Assembly (NCBI GenBank): GCA_003331265.1
Contig: QOPV01000001.1
Location: 54,489 to 118,488 of the forward strand
DNA: 64,000 bases
Direction: 5' to 3'
Origin: Cryomorphaceae bacterium
GTDB taxonomy: Bacteria; Bacteroidota; Bacteroidia; Flavobacteriales; Flavobacteriaceae
This document shows, one piece after another, positions 35,991 through 45,562 of the stretch (position 1 is its first letter; each line of letters opens with the position of its first letter). Below the pieces are notes generated by a model. The model was not told where the DNA came from, did no database searches, and worked only from the letters and a program-made list of their open reading frames with translations. Position numbers and translations under genes: made by a program.

Positions 35991-37415
35991 CTAGATGGTA
36001 AATTTCTTTGATAGATCTTCAACGTACTTTCTAAATTGTTTGTCAGTAAAAGATAAGTTGTCAACTGTTTTACAAGCATGAAGGACTGTAGCGTGGTCTC
36101 TATGACCAATTTGAGAGCCAATACTTGCCAGAGATGCTTTTGTAAATTTTTTAGCAAAAAACATCGCTAATTGTCGGGCTTGAACAATATGTCGTTTTCT
36201 AGTTTTGGATTGTAAGGTAGAAACGTCCATTTGAAAATATTCTGAAACAATTTTTTGAATGTAATCGATAGACACTTCTCTTTTAGTATTTTTTACAAAT
36301 TTATCTACAACGTTTTTAGCTAACTCCAATGTTATTTCTTTTCTATTAAAAGATGATTGGGCGATTAATGATATTATCGCTCCTTCCAATTCTCTAACAT
36401 TAATTTTAATATTTTTTGCTACGAAATCTATTATCTCATCTGAAATATCTACTCCATCTCTAAATAATTTATTTTTCAATATAGAGACTCTAGTTTCGTA
36501 ATCTGGTCTTTGTAATTCAGCTGATAATCCCCACTTAAACCTAGAAAGTAATCTTTGTTCAATATCCTGCATATCAACAGGTGCTTTATCCGATGTTAGT
36601 ATTACTTGTTTTCCGTTTTGATGTAGGTGATTAAAAATATGGAAAAAGACATCTTGTGTACCAGTTTTACCAGAAAAGAATTGAACATCATCAATTATTA
36701 AAACATCAATTATTTGATAAAAATGAATAAAATCATTTCTATTATTTTTTTTTACAGAGTCTATATACTGTTGTGTGAATTTTTCAGCAGAAATATATAA
36801 AACCGTTTTTTCCGGAAATTTTTCTTTAACATTTACTCCTATTGCATGAGCAAGGTGAGTTTTTCCTAATCCAACACCACCAAATATTAGTAATGGATTG
36901 AAAGAAGTTCCCCCAGGTTTATTAGAAACTGCCATTCCCGCTGACCTAGCTAATCTGTTAGCATCACCTTCAAGAAAATTATCAAAATTATAATTAGGAT
37001 TTAATTGTGATTCTATCTTTAAATTCTTAATTCCAGGAATAATAAATGGATTTTTAAGTTCAGTGTTTAGGTTACTTAAGGGAATATCAACCTTTTGTGA
37101 TGGAATATTTGATTTATACTGACTAGGAATTTTCTCTGTAAAGGGTTTTAAATTACCAAAGGTGTTTTCCATTTTAATTATGTAAACTAATCTTGCATTG
37201 TTTCCTAACTCTTTTGTTAATGCTAATTTTAGTAATTTAACATAATGTTCTTCTAGCCATTCGTAAAAAAATTTACTAGGTACTTGAACGTTTAAAATAC
37301 TATCCTCAAGCTTGATAGGTTTGATAGGTTCGAACCAAGTTTTGTATGCTTGAATTTGTATATTATCCTTAATAAATTTCAGACAATTCTTCCATACAGA
37401 TTCTGCAGTTAACAT
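35991..37415 (-). CDS. dnaA: Chromosomal replication initiator protein DnaA
   Basis: Walker A GGVGLGKTHLAHA, IDDVQFF, and the C-terminal DNA-binding domain HIVQARQLAMFFAKKFT ... IGHRDHATVLHACK. Confidence 0.95.
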   Translation of the reverse strand: MLTAESVWKNCLKFIKDNIQIQAYKTWFEPIKPIKLEDSILNVQVPSKFFYEWLEEHYVKLLKLALTKELGNNARLVYIIKMENTFGNLKPFTEKIPSQYKSNIPSQKVDIPLSNLNTELKNPFIIPGIKNLKIESQLNPNYNFDNFLEGDANRLARSAGMAVSNKPGGTSFNPLLIFGGVGLGKTHLAHAIGVNVKEKFPEKTVLYISAEKFTQQYIDSVKKNNRNDFIHFYQIIDVLIIDDVQFFSGKTGTQDVFFHIFNHLHQNGKQVILTSDKAPVDMQDIEQRLLSRFKWGLSAELQRPDYETRVSILKNKLFRDGVDISDEIIDFVAKNIKINVRELEGAIISLIAQSSFNRKEITLELAKNVVDKFVKNTKREVSIDYIQKIVSEYFQMDVSTLQSKTRKRHIVQARQLAMFFAKKFTKASLASIGSQIGHRDHATVLHACKTVDNLSFTDKQFRKYVEDLSKKFTI

Positions 37416-37605
37416 TAATTAAGGTATATTTTGGTTGTTATAAATAACAATAAAATTTGAAAAACTTTATTGTTTTATTATTAGTAACAAATATGTGCAA
37501 ATTTTTATTAAAAAAAAATCATTTTGCTATTGAATTTTAATTTTTTTTTGTTCATATTATGGTTGGTTGGTTTTATTGTTAATTTAATTAAAATAAAATA
37601 AGATT
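37416..37605. other. Longest non-coding spacer in the window, dnaA-adjacent, extremely AT-rich (weak oriC / dnaA promoter candidate)
   Basis: 190 nt. Three copies of TTTATTGTT are present (37466-37474 and 37572-37580 direct, 37446-37454 inverted). A 7-bp-arm inverted repeat lies at 37435-37450. A9 and T10 tracts are present. I found no perfect TTATCCACA box. Confidence 0.25.
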
Positions 37606-38001
37606 TTGAAGGATGAAATAGAGTTTTATGTTAGATACAGCGAAACAGATCAAATGTCTTTTGTTTATCATGGTAATTATGTTAAGTATTTTGAAATGGG
37701 TAGAATTGCTTGGTTAAATAAACTGGGATTTTCTTATAAAAAAATGGAAGAAGATGGCATTTTATTACCTGTAATAGATCTTAAAATAAATTTTAAAAAA
37801 TCTGCTCTATTTGATGACAAATTAACCTTAATTACAACATTAATTAGCATTCCATCTTACATGATAGAATTTGAATATAAAATCAAAAGAGAAGGAAGTT
37901 TAATATCATCAGGTTACACGAAATTGATTTTTTTAAATTCTAAAACTAATAAACCAATGAGATGCCCTGATCAAATAATAAATGCTCTTAAAAAGGTTTG
38001 A
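37606..38001 (+). CDS. Acyl-CoA thioesterase (4HBT / YbgC-like hotdog fold)
   Basis: TTG start. VRYSETDQMSFVYHGNYVKYFEMGR is the typical YbgC/4HBT N-terminal catalytic region. Confidence 0.75.
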   Translation: MKDEIEFYVRYSETDQMSFVYHGNYVKYFEMGRIAWLNKLGFSYKKMEEDGILLPVIDLKINFKKSALFDDKLTLITTLISIPSYMIEFEYKIKREGSLISSGYTKLIFLNSKTNKPMRCPDQIINALKKV

Positions 38002-39001
38002 TAACCATAAGTTCATCCTCATCTATTTTTTTTTCAAAAATAATTTTTCCTTTTAATTCAGGTGCTTTAATTCCTTTATTTAAATTTTTATCATTTGTAA
38101 AAATTCTGGCTTCATCCCACAACCCTATTTTAATAAACTCATCCAAAGTTTTTCTTCCCCCTTCAACTATTACTGATTGAATATTTTTATTATATAAAAA
38201 GTTGCTAATCTCAAACGCTAATGAAGAGGAGGAGTCAATATGTTTTTTATTTATTTTAATGGTTTGTGATTTACTGTTAAACACATTAAAATTATCATTC
38301 AATTTATTTTCTAGATCAATTATTATTCTAATTGGATTTTCTCCATTCCAGTTTCTTATGTTTAAAGTAGGATTATCTTCAGTTACAGTATTGTACCCTA
38401 CTAAAATAGCATGTTCTTCAGATCTCCATTTATGTACTAATTGTCGACTCTTTTTTGAACTGATCCAGTATGGTTTATTTTTTGCTTTTTTTAATGGAGA
38501 AAATAATTTGTCTTTAGATTGTGCCCACTTTAAAATGATGTATGGTCTTTTATTTTTATTAAAATGTAGAAAGTTCTTATGTAATTCAATACATTGACTT
38601 TCTAATACCCCTTTAATTACATTTACATTATTTCTTTTTAAAAATTCAATTCCTTTGCCATTCACCTTACTGCTATTATCAAGTGTTCCAATAACAACAT
38701 TTGGAATTTTATTAATTGAAATGGTATTGCAGCATGGTGGAGTTTTTCCGTAGTGGGAGCAGGGCTCTAAAGTAACATAAAGTGTAGAGGTTTTTAATAA
38801 ATCTTTATTTTTAACTTTATTAATTGCATTAATCTCTGCATGATTTCCACCACATTTACTAGAGAATGCCTCTGAAATTATAGCATTTTTATTTACAATT
38901 ATACAACCAACACATGGATTAGGATATGTTCTCCCTCTTCCTTTTTTTGCTACTTCAATGCAACGGGACATGAAAAAATTGTGATTTAGTTTGTTGTTCA
39001 T
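37988..39001 (-). CDS. ribD: Bifunctional riboflavin biosynthesis protein RibD (deaminase/reductase)
   Basis: CMP/dCMP deaminase Zn motif HAEINA ... TLEPCSHYGKTPPC, followed by a RibD C-terminal reductase domain. Confidence 0.9.
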   Translation of the reverse strand: MNNKLNHNFFMSRCIEVAKKGRGRTYPNPCVGCIIVNKNAIISEAFSSKCGGNHAEINAINKVKNKDLLKTSTLYVTLEPCSHYGKTPPCCNTISINKIPNVVIGTLDNSSKVNGKGIEFLKRNNVNVIKGVLESQCIELHKNFLHFNKNKRPYIILKWAQSKDKLFSPLKKAKNKPYWISSKKSRQLVHKWRSEEHAILVGYNTVTEDNPTLNIRNWNGENPIRIIIDLENKLNDNFNVFNSKSQTIKINKKHIDSSSSLAFEISNFLYNKNIQSVIVEGGRKTLDEFIKIGLWDEARIFTNDKNLNKGIKAPELKGKIIFEKKIDEDELMVIKPF

Positions 39002-39069
39002 TATTTATTATTTGAAGTTTTCTCTATTAGTTATATGATGTATCTTCACAATACAAAAATAATCTAAAA

Positions 39070-39564
39070 ATGGAAGAAAATCCTAAATGGATTATAAGAG
39101 AAATTGAAAATTTTGATGATAAGGAACTTAATAATGTTTTGTCATCTGTTATGATTGAATATGGTGTCCCTAAAAAAGGTACTGCTTTAAGCGACCCTGA
39201 ACTCAAAAAAATGAGTAAAGCATATCAAAATTCAAGAAGTATATATTATGTAATTATAAAAAATAATAAAATTTTTGGTGGAGCAGGGATTTCACAATTA
39301 AAATATTCAAAAGAAAATATATGCGAACTTCAAAAAATGTATTTTTTAAAACAGGCTAGAGGAATAGGCATGGGTAAGAAAATGATAGAAACATGCTTAC
39401 ATAAGGCTAAAAAGTTTGGTTATAAAAAATGTTATATAGAAACAATGTATAATATGGAATCAGCTCAAAAGCTGTATTTAAATCAAGGTTTTAGCTATAT
39501 AAATCATCCCATGGGAAATACAGGTCATTCTTCTTGTCCGGTATGGATGTTAAAAAAACTTTAA
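39070..39564 (+). CDS. GNAT-family N-acetyltransferase
   Basis: Acetyl-CoA binding motif QARGIGMGKKM with the surrounding GNAT fold pattern. 164 aa. Confidence 0.7.
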   Translation: MEENPKWIIREIENFDDKELNNVLSSVMIEYGVPKKGTALSDPELKKMSKAYQNSRSIYYVIIKNNKIFGGAGISQLKYSKENICELQKMYFLKQARGIGMGKKMIETCLHKAKKFGYKKCYIETMYNMESAQKLYLNQGFSYINHPMGNTGHSSCPVWMLKKL

Positions 39565-40400
39565 TGACACTAACGAACTATCATAATTTATTTTTTAAAA
39601 CTTTAGGTTCAAAAATTAATAAAACCGAACTAGAAGAGTTTTTTTTCTGGATAATTGAGCATTATTGTAAAATTAACAGAATGGGATATATATTAAATCC
39701 TAACTATCAAATCAATGATATTCAAAAATATAATCTATTTGAATCAATTAGCCTTTTAGAACAAAATATGCCAATTCAATATATTATTGGTGAAACAGAG
39801 TTTATGGGTTTAAAATATTTTTTGAATCAAAATGTTTTAATTCCTAGACCGGAAACTGAAGAACTAGTTTCTTGGATTTTAAGTGATTTTCCGAAAGATA
39901 AATCAATATTAGATATTGGAACAGGTAGCGGATGTATAGCTGTTTCTTTGGCTAAATTTTCAACTTCTTGTGAAATTACAGGCTGGGATATTGATAATGA
40001 AATTTTAAATATTGCAAGAAAAAATGCAAGAACAAATGACACAAATGTTTTCTTTGAAATTCAAGATATTTCATCAATTAATTCTAAAAAAAAGTTTGAT
40101 ATTATTGTATCTAATCCACCCTACATAACTTCAAAAGAAAAGTTATTAATCGAAGATAATATTTTACTTTATGAACCTCATCGTGCTTTATTTGTTGACG
40201 ATAAGGATCCTTTATTTTTTTACAATAAAATAATTGATTTTGCTGTTAATAGTTTAAATAAAAATGGAATTATATTTTTTGAAATTAATGAGTTAATGAT
40301 GGAAGATGTTTCAAAACTTTTAAATAATAAAGGATTTTACGATATTGAACATAAAATAGATTTTAGATTAAAAAATAGAATGATAAAAGCTTGCATTTAA
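39564..40400 (+). CDS. prmC: Peptide chain release factor N5-glutamine methyltransferase
   Basis: PIQYIIGETEFMG, RPETE, DIGTGSGCIA and VSNPPY motifs. The start is placed at the ATG sharing one base with the GNAT stop (TAATG). Confidence 0.85.
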   Translation: MTLTNYHNLFFKTLGSKINKTELEEFFFWIIEHYCKINRMGYILNPNYQINDIQKYNLFESISLLEQNMPIQYIIGETEFMGLKYFLNQNVLIPRPETEELVSWILSDFPKDKSILDIGTGSGCIAVSLAKFSTSCEITGWDIDNEILNIARKNARTNDTNVFFEIQDISSINSKKKFDIIVSNPPYITSKEKLLIEDNILLYEPHRALFVDDKDPLFFYNKIIDFAVNSLNKNGIIFFEINELMMEDVSKLLNNKGFYDIEHKIDFRLKNRMIKACI

Positions 40401-42409
40401 TGAATTCTATACTTCAAAAAATTGAAAAATTAAGGGATGAATTACATTCGCATAATTATAATTATTATGTATTAGATAAACCGCTAATTAGTGATTATGA
40501 TTTTGACATCAAATTAAAAGAGCTTATTGGTCTTGAAAATCAATATCCACAATTTAGTGATATAAATTCACCTTCCAAAAGGGTTGGAGGGGCAGTAATT
40601 AAAACCTTTAATACTACTACACATGATTTTCCAATGTATTCTCTGGATAATTCTTATTCAAAAAACGACTTAGAAGATTGGAACGATAGGATTTTTAAAA
40701 ACATTGGTGATGCTAATCTTGAGTTTTTATGCGAATTAAAATTTGATGGTGTCTCAATTAATTTAACATATGAAAACGGCAAATTAATTAAAGCTGTAAC
40801 AAGAGGAGATGGAATCCAAGGAGATGATGTTACCGATAATGTTAAAACAATAAAAACAATTCCATTAAAGTTAAAGGGCTCTTTCCCAAAAAAATTTCAA
40901 ATAAGAGGTGAAATTATTATTGAAAAAAAGGATTTTATAAAAATGAATGAAATTAGATTAAAAAACGGATTAGATCCTTATATGAATCCAAGAAATACAG
41001 CTTCTGGAAGTTTAAAGTTACAAGATAGTTCTGAAGTAGCTAAAAGGCCATTAAAATGTTTTTTATATCAAATAGTCACATCAGAACAAAGTTGTAAAAC
41101 TCAAAATGATTACTTAAAAAACGCTTTAGATTGGGGATTTAATATTTCTAAAACCTATAAATTATGTAATAGTTTGTTGGACGTAATGACTTATGTTAAC
41201 TATTGGGACACTAAGAGATTTGATCTTAATTATGAAATTGATGGCGTAGTTATAAAAGTTAATAATATTAATTATCAAAAAGAACTTGGTTTCACCTCAA
41301 AGTATCCCAGGTGGTCAATAGCTTACAAGTACAAAACGGAACAAATTGCAACTAAATTAATTAGTGTTTCATATCAAGTAGGAAGAACTGGTGCTGTAAC
41401 TCCAGTTGCAAATTTAGAACCAGTTCTTTTAGGAGGAACATATATTAAACGTGCATCGCTTCACAATGAAGATCAAATAAACAAATTAGATTTACACATA
41501 AATGATTATGTGAAAGTAGAAAAAGGGGGTGAAATTATTCCTAAAATTGTTGGAGTTGATAAAAGTAAAAGAACCTCAGAATTCAAAAAAATCAAATTTA
41601 TTGAAAACTGTCCATCATGTTTTAAGGTTTTGTCTAGAAACGAATCAGAATCTCAACATTACTGTTTGAATTATTATGAATGTTCTCCACAAATAACAGG
41701 CAGAATACAACATTTTATTTCTAGAAAAGCTATGGATATTAATGGTCTAGGTAATGAAACAATTGATTTATTGCATAAAAGTGGTTTAATTTCAAATTAC
41801 GCAGATCTTTATGATCTACAGATGCATGACTTGCTCCCACTTGAAAGAATGGCAGAAAAATCTATAAATAATATTTTTAGAGGTCTTGAAGAATCAAAAA
41901 AAATACCTTTTGAAAGGGTGTTATTTGCTTTGGGTATTAGATATGTTGGACAAACTGTAGCTAAAAAAATAGCATTAGCATTTAAATCAATAGATAATTT
42001 AATGACCAGAAATTTTGAAAATTTAATTTTAATAGATGAAATAGGAGATAGGATTTCTGAGAGTATAGTTGATTTTTTTAGCAATGATGAAAATTGTAAA
42101 ATAATTTATAGACTTAAAGAATTAGGTCTCCAATTTGAATTAGAAGAAAATAATGGACCAACTAATGATGTTTTAAAAGGAAATTCATTTGTAATTTCAG
42201 GTGTTTTTAATGAATATTCAAGAGATGAATTAAAAGATATGATAGAAATAAATGGAGGAAAAGTTTCATCCTCTATAACATCTAAAACAAATTACTTATT
42301 GGGAGGAAATAATATTGGACCTAGCAAATTATTAAAAGTTAAAAAATTAGAAATACCAATTATAAATAAGGATGATTTTTTATTGATGTTGAAATCTAAA
42401 CCTTTATAG
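40400..42409 (+). CDS. ligA: NAD-dependent DNA ligase
   Basis: Adenylation motif CELKFDGVS, the Zn-finger cysteines (CPSC ... C...C), HhH repeats and a C-terminal BRCT domain. The ATG shares one base with the prmC stop (TAATG). Confidence 0.93.
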   Translation: MNSILQKIEKLRDELHSHNYNYYVLDKPLISDYDFDIKLKELIGLENQYPQFSDINSPSKRVGGAVIKTFNTTTHDFPMYSLDNSYSKNDLEDWNDRIFKNIGDANLEFLCELKFDGVSINLTYENGKLIKAVTRGDGIQGDDVTDNVKTIKTIPLKLKGSFPKKFQIRGEIIIEKKDFIKMNEIRLKNGLDPYMNPRNTASGSLKLQDSSEVAKRPLKCFLYQIVTSEQSCKTQNDYLKNALDWGFNISKTYKLCNSLLDVMTYVNYWDTKRFDLNYEIDGVVIKVNNINYQKELGFTSKYPRWSIAYKYKTEQIATKLISVSYQVGRTGAVTPVANLEPVLLGGTYIKRASLHNEDQINKLDLHINDYVKVEKGGEIIPKIVGVDKSKRTSEFKKIKFIENCPSCFKVLSRNESESQHYCLNYYECSPQITGRIQHFISRKAMDINGLGNETIDLLHKSGLISNYADLYDLQMHDLLPLERMAEKSINNIFRGLEESKKIPFERVLFALGIRYVGQTVAKKIALAFKSIDNLMTRNFENLILIDEIGDRISESIVDFFSNDENCKIIYRLKELGLQFELEENNGPTNDVLKGNSFVISGVFNEYSRDELKDMIEINGGKVSSSITSKTNYLLGGNNIGPSKLLKVKKLEIPIINKDDFLLMLKSKPL

Positions 42410-43307
42410 AGTCTGTTTTTCTAGACATATTTTCATTTGATAAATAGAAGTCAATCTTTCCAATGTTAATTCCGAAGCATCCAACCTGATTGATTAAAAC
42501 TTTTTCTCCAACTAAATTAGTTACTTCAACAGGTTTTTTCATAAAAGTATGTGTGTGCCCACCTATTATTAAATCAATATTTTTTGTTTTTTTAGCTAAT
42601 ATTAAATCACACATTTCTTCTTTTCTCTGATCATATTTAAATCCTAAATGTGATAAGCAAATAACTATATCACATTTATGATCTTTTTTTAGTTCGTAAG
42701 TAATGTCATTAGTTATTTCTATTGGGTCTAAATATTCCAATCCATTGTATAAATTTTTTTCTACCAATCCGTTTAATGCAATTCCTAATCCAAAAACTCC
42801 AACTTTGATTTCATCAATATTATAAATTTCATATTTTTTTACCTTATTTTCCAACGGGGTGTTTTTTAAATTGTAATTAGAATTTATAAATGAAAAATTA
42901 GCATATTTTAGTGATTCGGATAATTTTTTTATTCCATTATCAAATTCATGATTTCCCAGTGTTGAAGCGTTATATCCTAATTTACTCATTAATTTAAGTT
43001 CAATTTCACCTCCAAAAAAATTAAAATAAGGTGTCCCTTGAAATATATCACCAGCATCAAACATTAAAGTGTTGGGATTTTCTTTTCTAAATTTATTAAT
43101 GATTTTTGCTCTCGCAATTACCCCGCCACCGTTTGGATTTAATGGATCATTTGGTGGAAATGGATCAATATGACTGTGCACATCGTTTGTATGGAGAATA
43201 GTTATTTTTTTTGAATGAAAATTAATATTATCAAAACTTAAAAATGGAATGGATAAACCAAAAATGGTAGATGATGTTATTTTTTCTAAAAAATATCTTC
43301 TTTTCAT
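42396..43307 (-). CDS. Metallophosphoesterase half of a split UshA-like 5'-nucleotidase
   Basis: Twin-Arg-like N-terminus MKRRYFLEK. Calcineurin-like motifs HTNDVHSH, DAGDIFQG, GNHEFD and GGHTH. Confidence 0.75.
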   Translation of the reverse strand: MKRRYFLEKITSSTIFGLSIPFLSFDNINFHSKKITILHTNDVHSHIDPFPPNDPLNPNGGGVIARAKIINKFRKENPNTLMFDAGDIFQGTPYFNFFGGEIELKLMSKLGYNASTLGNHEFDNGIKKLSESLKYANFSFINSNYNLKNTPLENKVKKYEIYNIDEIKVGVFGLGIALNGLVEKNLYNGLEYLDPIEITNDITYELKKDHKCDIVICLSHLGFKYDQRKEEMCDLILAKKTKNIDLIIGGHTHTFMKKPVEVTNLVGEKVLINQVGCFGINIGKIDFYLSNENMSRKTDSIKV

Positions 43308-44080
43308 TTCTTTCTTATTATTCTATTATCAAGTTTACTTTCTATATTTTTTTTTCTTGAAATGTATTTAACCAATACCTCTCTAATATTGGTGTTTAAA
43401 GAATAAAGTTCAAGAGGGTCTTTAAAAAAAATCATTTTATCTCCTCCTTCTTGCAGAAAGTTTGAGGTCAAGACATAATATGATTTGTTTATATCAAATT
43501 TTTTATTTTGAATTAAAACTTTATTAATTTTTTCTTCCCCAAATTCAATCTTAATTCCAGAAGTTGGATGTGCCTTATTTTCAACATTTAAATATTGTAA
43601 TAGTTCTAAAACTTTCTTTCCATTCAACCTAACAACAGTTGAAGTGTTTTCAAAAGGCATAATTGTAAGAAGGTTATGTTGAGTTATATCCCCTTTATAT
43701 AAATTTCCTCTTACACCACCTTGGTTGAGTAAACAAAAGTCAATGTTTATTGAATATTTTTCTATAAATAGTTTATTTGATTCCTCTAATAAGATATCAG
43801 CAATTAAGTTTCCAAGTGTAGATTCTAATTTACCATCCCTAATGCTTAATGATTCATTCGAATAACCAATTTTTTTTTCTAATCTAGTTAACTCATTTTT
43901 ATAGGGCCTAATAAGGTCCTCTAGTTCTTTATTTTTTGCAGTGTGTTCGGAAATTTTTATAATTTCTGTTTCTATATCATTAATTTGATATTCAATTTGC
44001 CCACATGAAAGAAATACAATTGTTAGAAATGCAACAATATGTTTAAATTTTATATTATTAATGTATAATATAGTTTTCAA
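43304..44080 (-). CDS. 5'-nucleotidase C-terminal (substrate-binding) domain lipoprotein
   Basis: Lipobox VFLSCGQ. The sequence resembles 5_nucleotid_C domains (LGNLIADILL ..., GGVRGNLYKGDIT ..., MPFENT). It overlaps the downstream metallophosphatase gene by 4 nt. Confidence 0.68.
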   Translation of the reverse strand: MKTILYINNIKFKHIVAFLTIVFLSCGQIEYQINDIETEIIKISEHTAKNKELEDLIRPYKNELTRLEKKIGYSNESLSIRDGKLESTLGNLIADILLEESNKLFIEKYSINIDFCLLNQGGVRGNLYKGDITQHNLLTIMPFENTSTVVRLNGKKVLELLQYLNVENKAHPTSGIKIEFGEEKINKVLIQNKKFDINKSYYVLTSNFLQEGGDKMIFFKDPLELYSLNTNIREVLVKYISRKKNIESKLDNRIIRKK

Positions 44081-44116
44081 TGATGAAATATGTAATTTTA
44101 CTGAACTATTAAAGAT

Positions 44117-44632
44117 ATGATTTTTAAATCACTACATAATAAGCTATTAAATAAAAAGATTAAAAAATCTTTGAATAAACTTACATTAGAAGATAGGATC
44201 AAACCGAACCCTATTAAAACTTTGGCTTGTATTATCGATCCTTCTTTTCCAATTTCAGTTGAAAATTTTATTGATTTATCTGCTTCCCTTGGGCTAAAGG
44301 AGAAGGACTTGAAGATTATAACATTTCAAGAAAATAAAAATATATATAATGTTTTTTCGTCAATGAACATAACCCCAGCGTGTATTTCGTTTTATGGAAA
44401 TCTAAACGGAAAAGATTCTTTAGAATTTATTTCTTTTGAATATGATTTACTAATTAATTTTTTTAAATCAAATCGATTTTTGACATTATTGTCTTCCAAA
44501 ACAAATGCAAAATTCAGAGTAGGTTTTGAGTCAGTGGACTCTAAATTAAATGATTTAATTTTTTCGGAACAAATTAAAAAGTATAAGGATTTTAAATCCG
44601 AATTGATAAAATATTTAAAAATGATTAAATGA
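44117..44632 (+). CDS. Hypothetical protein (conserved position upstream of dapA)
   Basis: 171 aa, no motif I can name. It overlaps the dapA start by 4 nt, so it is probably co-translated. Confidence 0.4.
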   Translation: MIFKSLHNKLLNKKIKKSLNKLTLEDRIKPNPIKTLACIIDPSFPISVENFIDLSASLGLKEKDLKIITFQENKNIYNVFSSMNITPACISFYGNLNGKDSLEFISFEYDLLINFFKSNRFLTLLSSKTNAKFRVGFESVDSKLNDLIFSEQIKKYKDFKSELIKYLKMIK

Positions 44633-45522
44633 TTGATTTAATTAACGAACTTAAAGGAACCGGAGTTGCAATTGTTACTCCATTTAAAAGTGATTTTTCA
44701 GTTGATTATAACTCTATAAATAAATTAGTTGAATATGTTATCAATGGAGGGGTAAATTATATAGTCGTTCATGGGACAACTGGAGAGTCCTCTACACTAT
44801 CGGAAGATGAAAAAATTAAATCAAGAAAAGCTTTTGTTGCTGCAAATAAAGCAAGGGTACCTTTAATTATTGGTATTGGTTCAAACCATACTAAATCATT
44901 GGTTGATTATATCAAAAATTCTGATTTAAAAGGTTTTTCAGCTATTCTCTCTGTAACTCCTTATTATAGTAAACCTACTCAAGAAGGATTGTTTCAACAT
45001 TTTTCGATGGTTGCAAAATCTTCAACAATTCCTTTAATTCTTTATAATGTTCCTAGTCGTACAAGTTGTAATCTTAAACCTGAAACAGCTATAAAATTAG
45101 CCAATGATAATGAAAATATAATTGGAATTAAAGAAGCCATTGGAGATATAGAACAAATGAACTTTTTAATTAATAACAAACCGAATAACTTTTTAGTTAT
45201 CTCAGGCGACGATGAAACTGCTTCAAATAGCGTTTTAAATGGTGCTGACGGGGTAATTTCAGTAGCCGCAGGGTGTATTCCTGAATCTTTTTCAAGCGTT
45301 ATTAATTTCGCATTAAAAAGAGATAAGGTTAATACTCAGAAAATATCAGATTCGATAAAACCATTTTTAAAACTTCTTTTTTTGGAAGGTAATCCCTCAG
45401 GAATAAAGGCAGCTTTGTCCTTAAAAAATCTATGCGAAAATAAATTAAGATTACCTTTAATACCAGTCACTAATAAACTTATGAAAGAAATAGCAAAGTT
45501 TATTTATGAAAAATCATACTAG
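44629..45522 (+). CDS. dapA: 4-hydroxy-tetrahydrodipicolinate synthase
   Basis: GTGVAIVTPF, HGTTGES, YNVPSRT, and the catalytic Lys context IGIKEA. Confidence 0.9.
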   Translation: MIDLINELKGTGVAIVTPFKSDFSVDYNSINKLVEYVINGGVNYIVVHGTTGESSTLSEDEKIKSRKAFVAANKARVPLIIGIGSNHTKSLVDYIKNSDLKGFSAILSVTPYYSKPTQEGLFQHFSMVAKSSTIPLILYNVPSRTSCNLKPETAIKLANDNENIIGIKEAIGDIEQMNFLINNKPNNFLVISGDDETASNSVLNGADGVISVAAGCIPESFSSVINFALKRDKVNTQKISDSIKPFLKLLFLEGNPSGIKAALSLKNLCENKLRLPLIPVTNKLMKEIAKFIYEKSY

Positions 45523-45526
45523 TTTT

Positions 45527-45534
45527 TATATTTG
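45527..45534 (+). promoter_or_regulatory. -7 box candidate (TATATTTG) upstream of bamD
   Basis: Exact TAnnTTTG match 28 nt before the bamD ATG, in the 40-nt spacer after dapA. Confidence 0.3.
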
Positions 45535-45562
45535 CTTACTTTTTTTAAATTAAATTTGCAAG

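Noticed and set aside
39002-39069. Possible FMN riboswitch upstream of ribD (and of ribH at 7129-7133)
   Set aside because: The spacers are only 68 nt and 5 nt, too short for an FMN aptamer plus expression platform. No conserved FMN-element-like GC-rich helices are visible.
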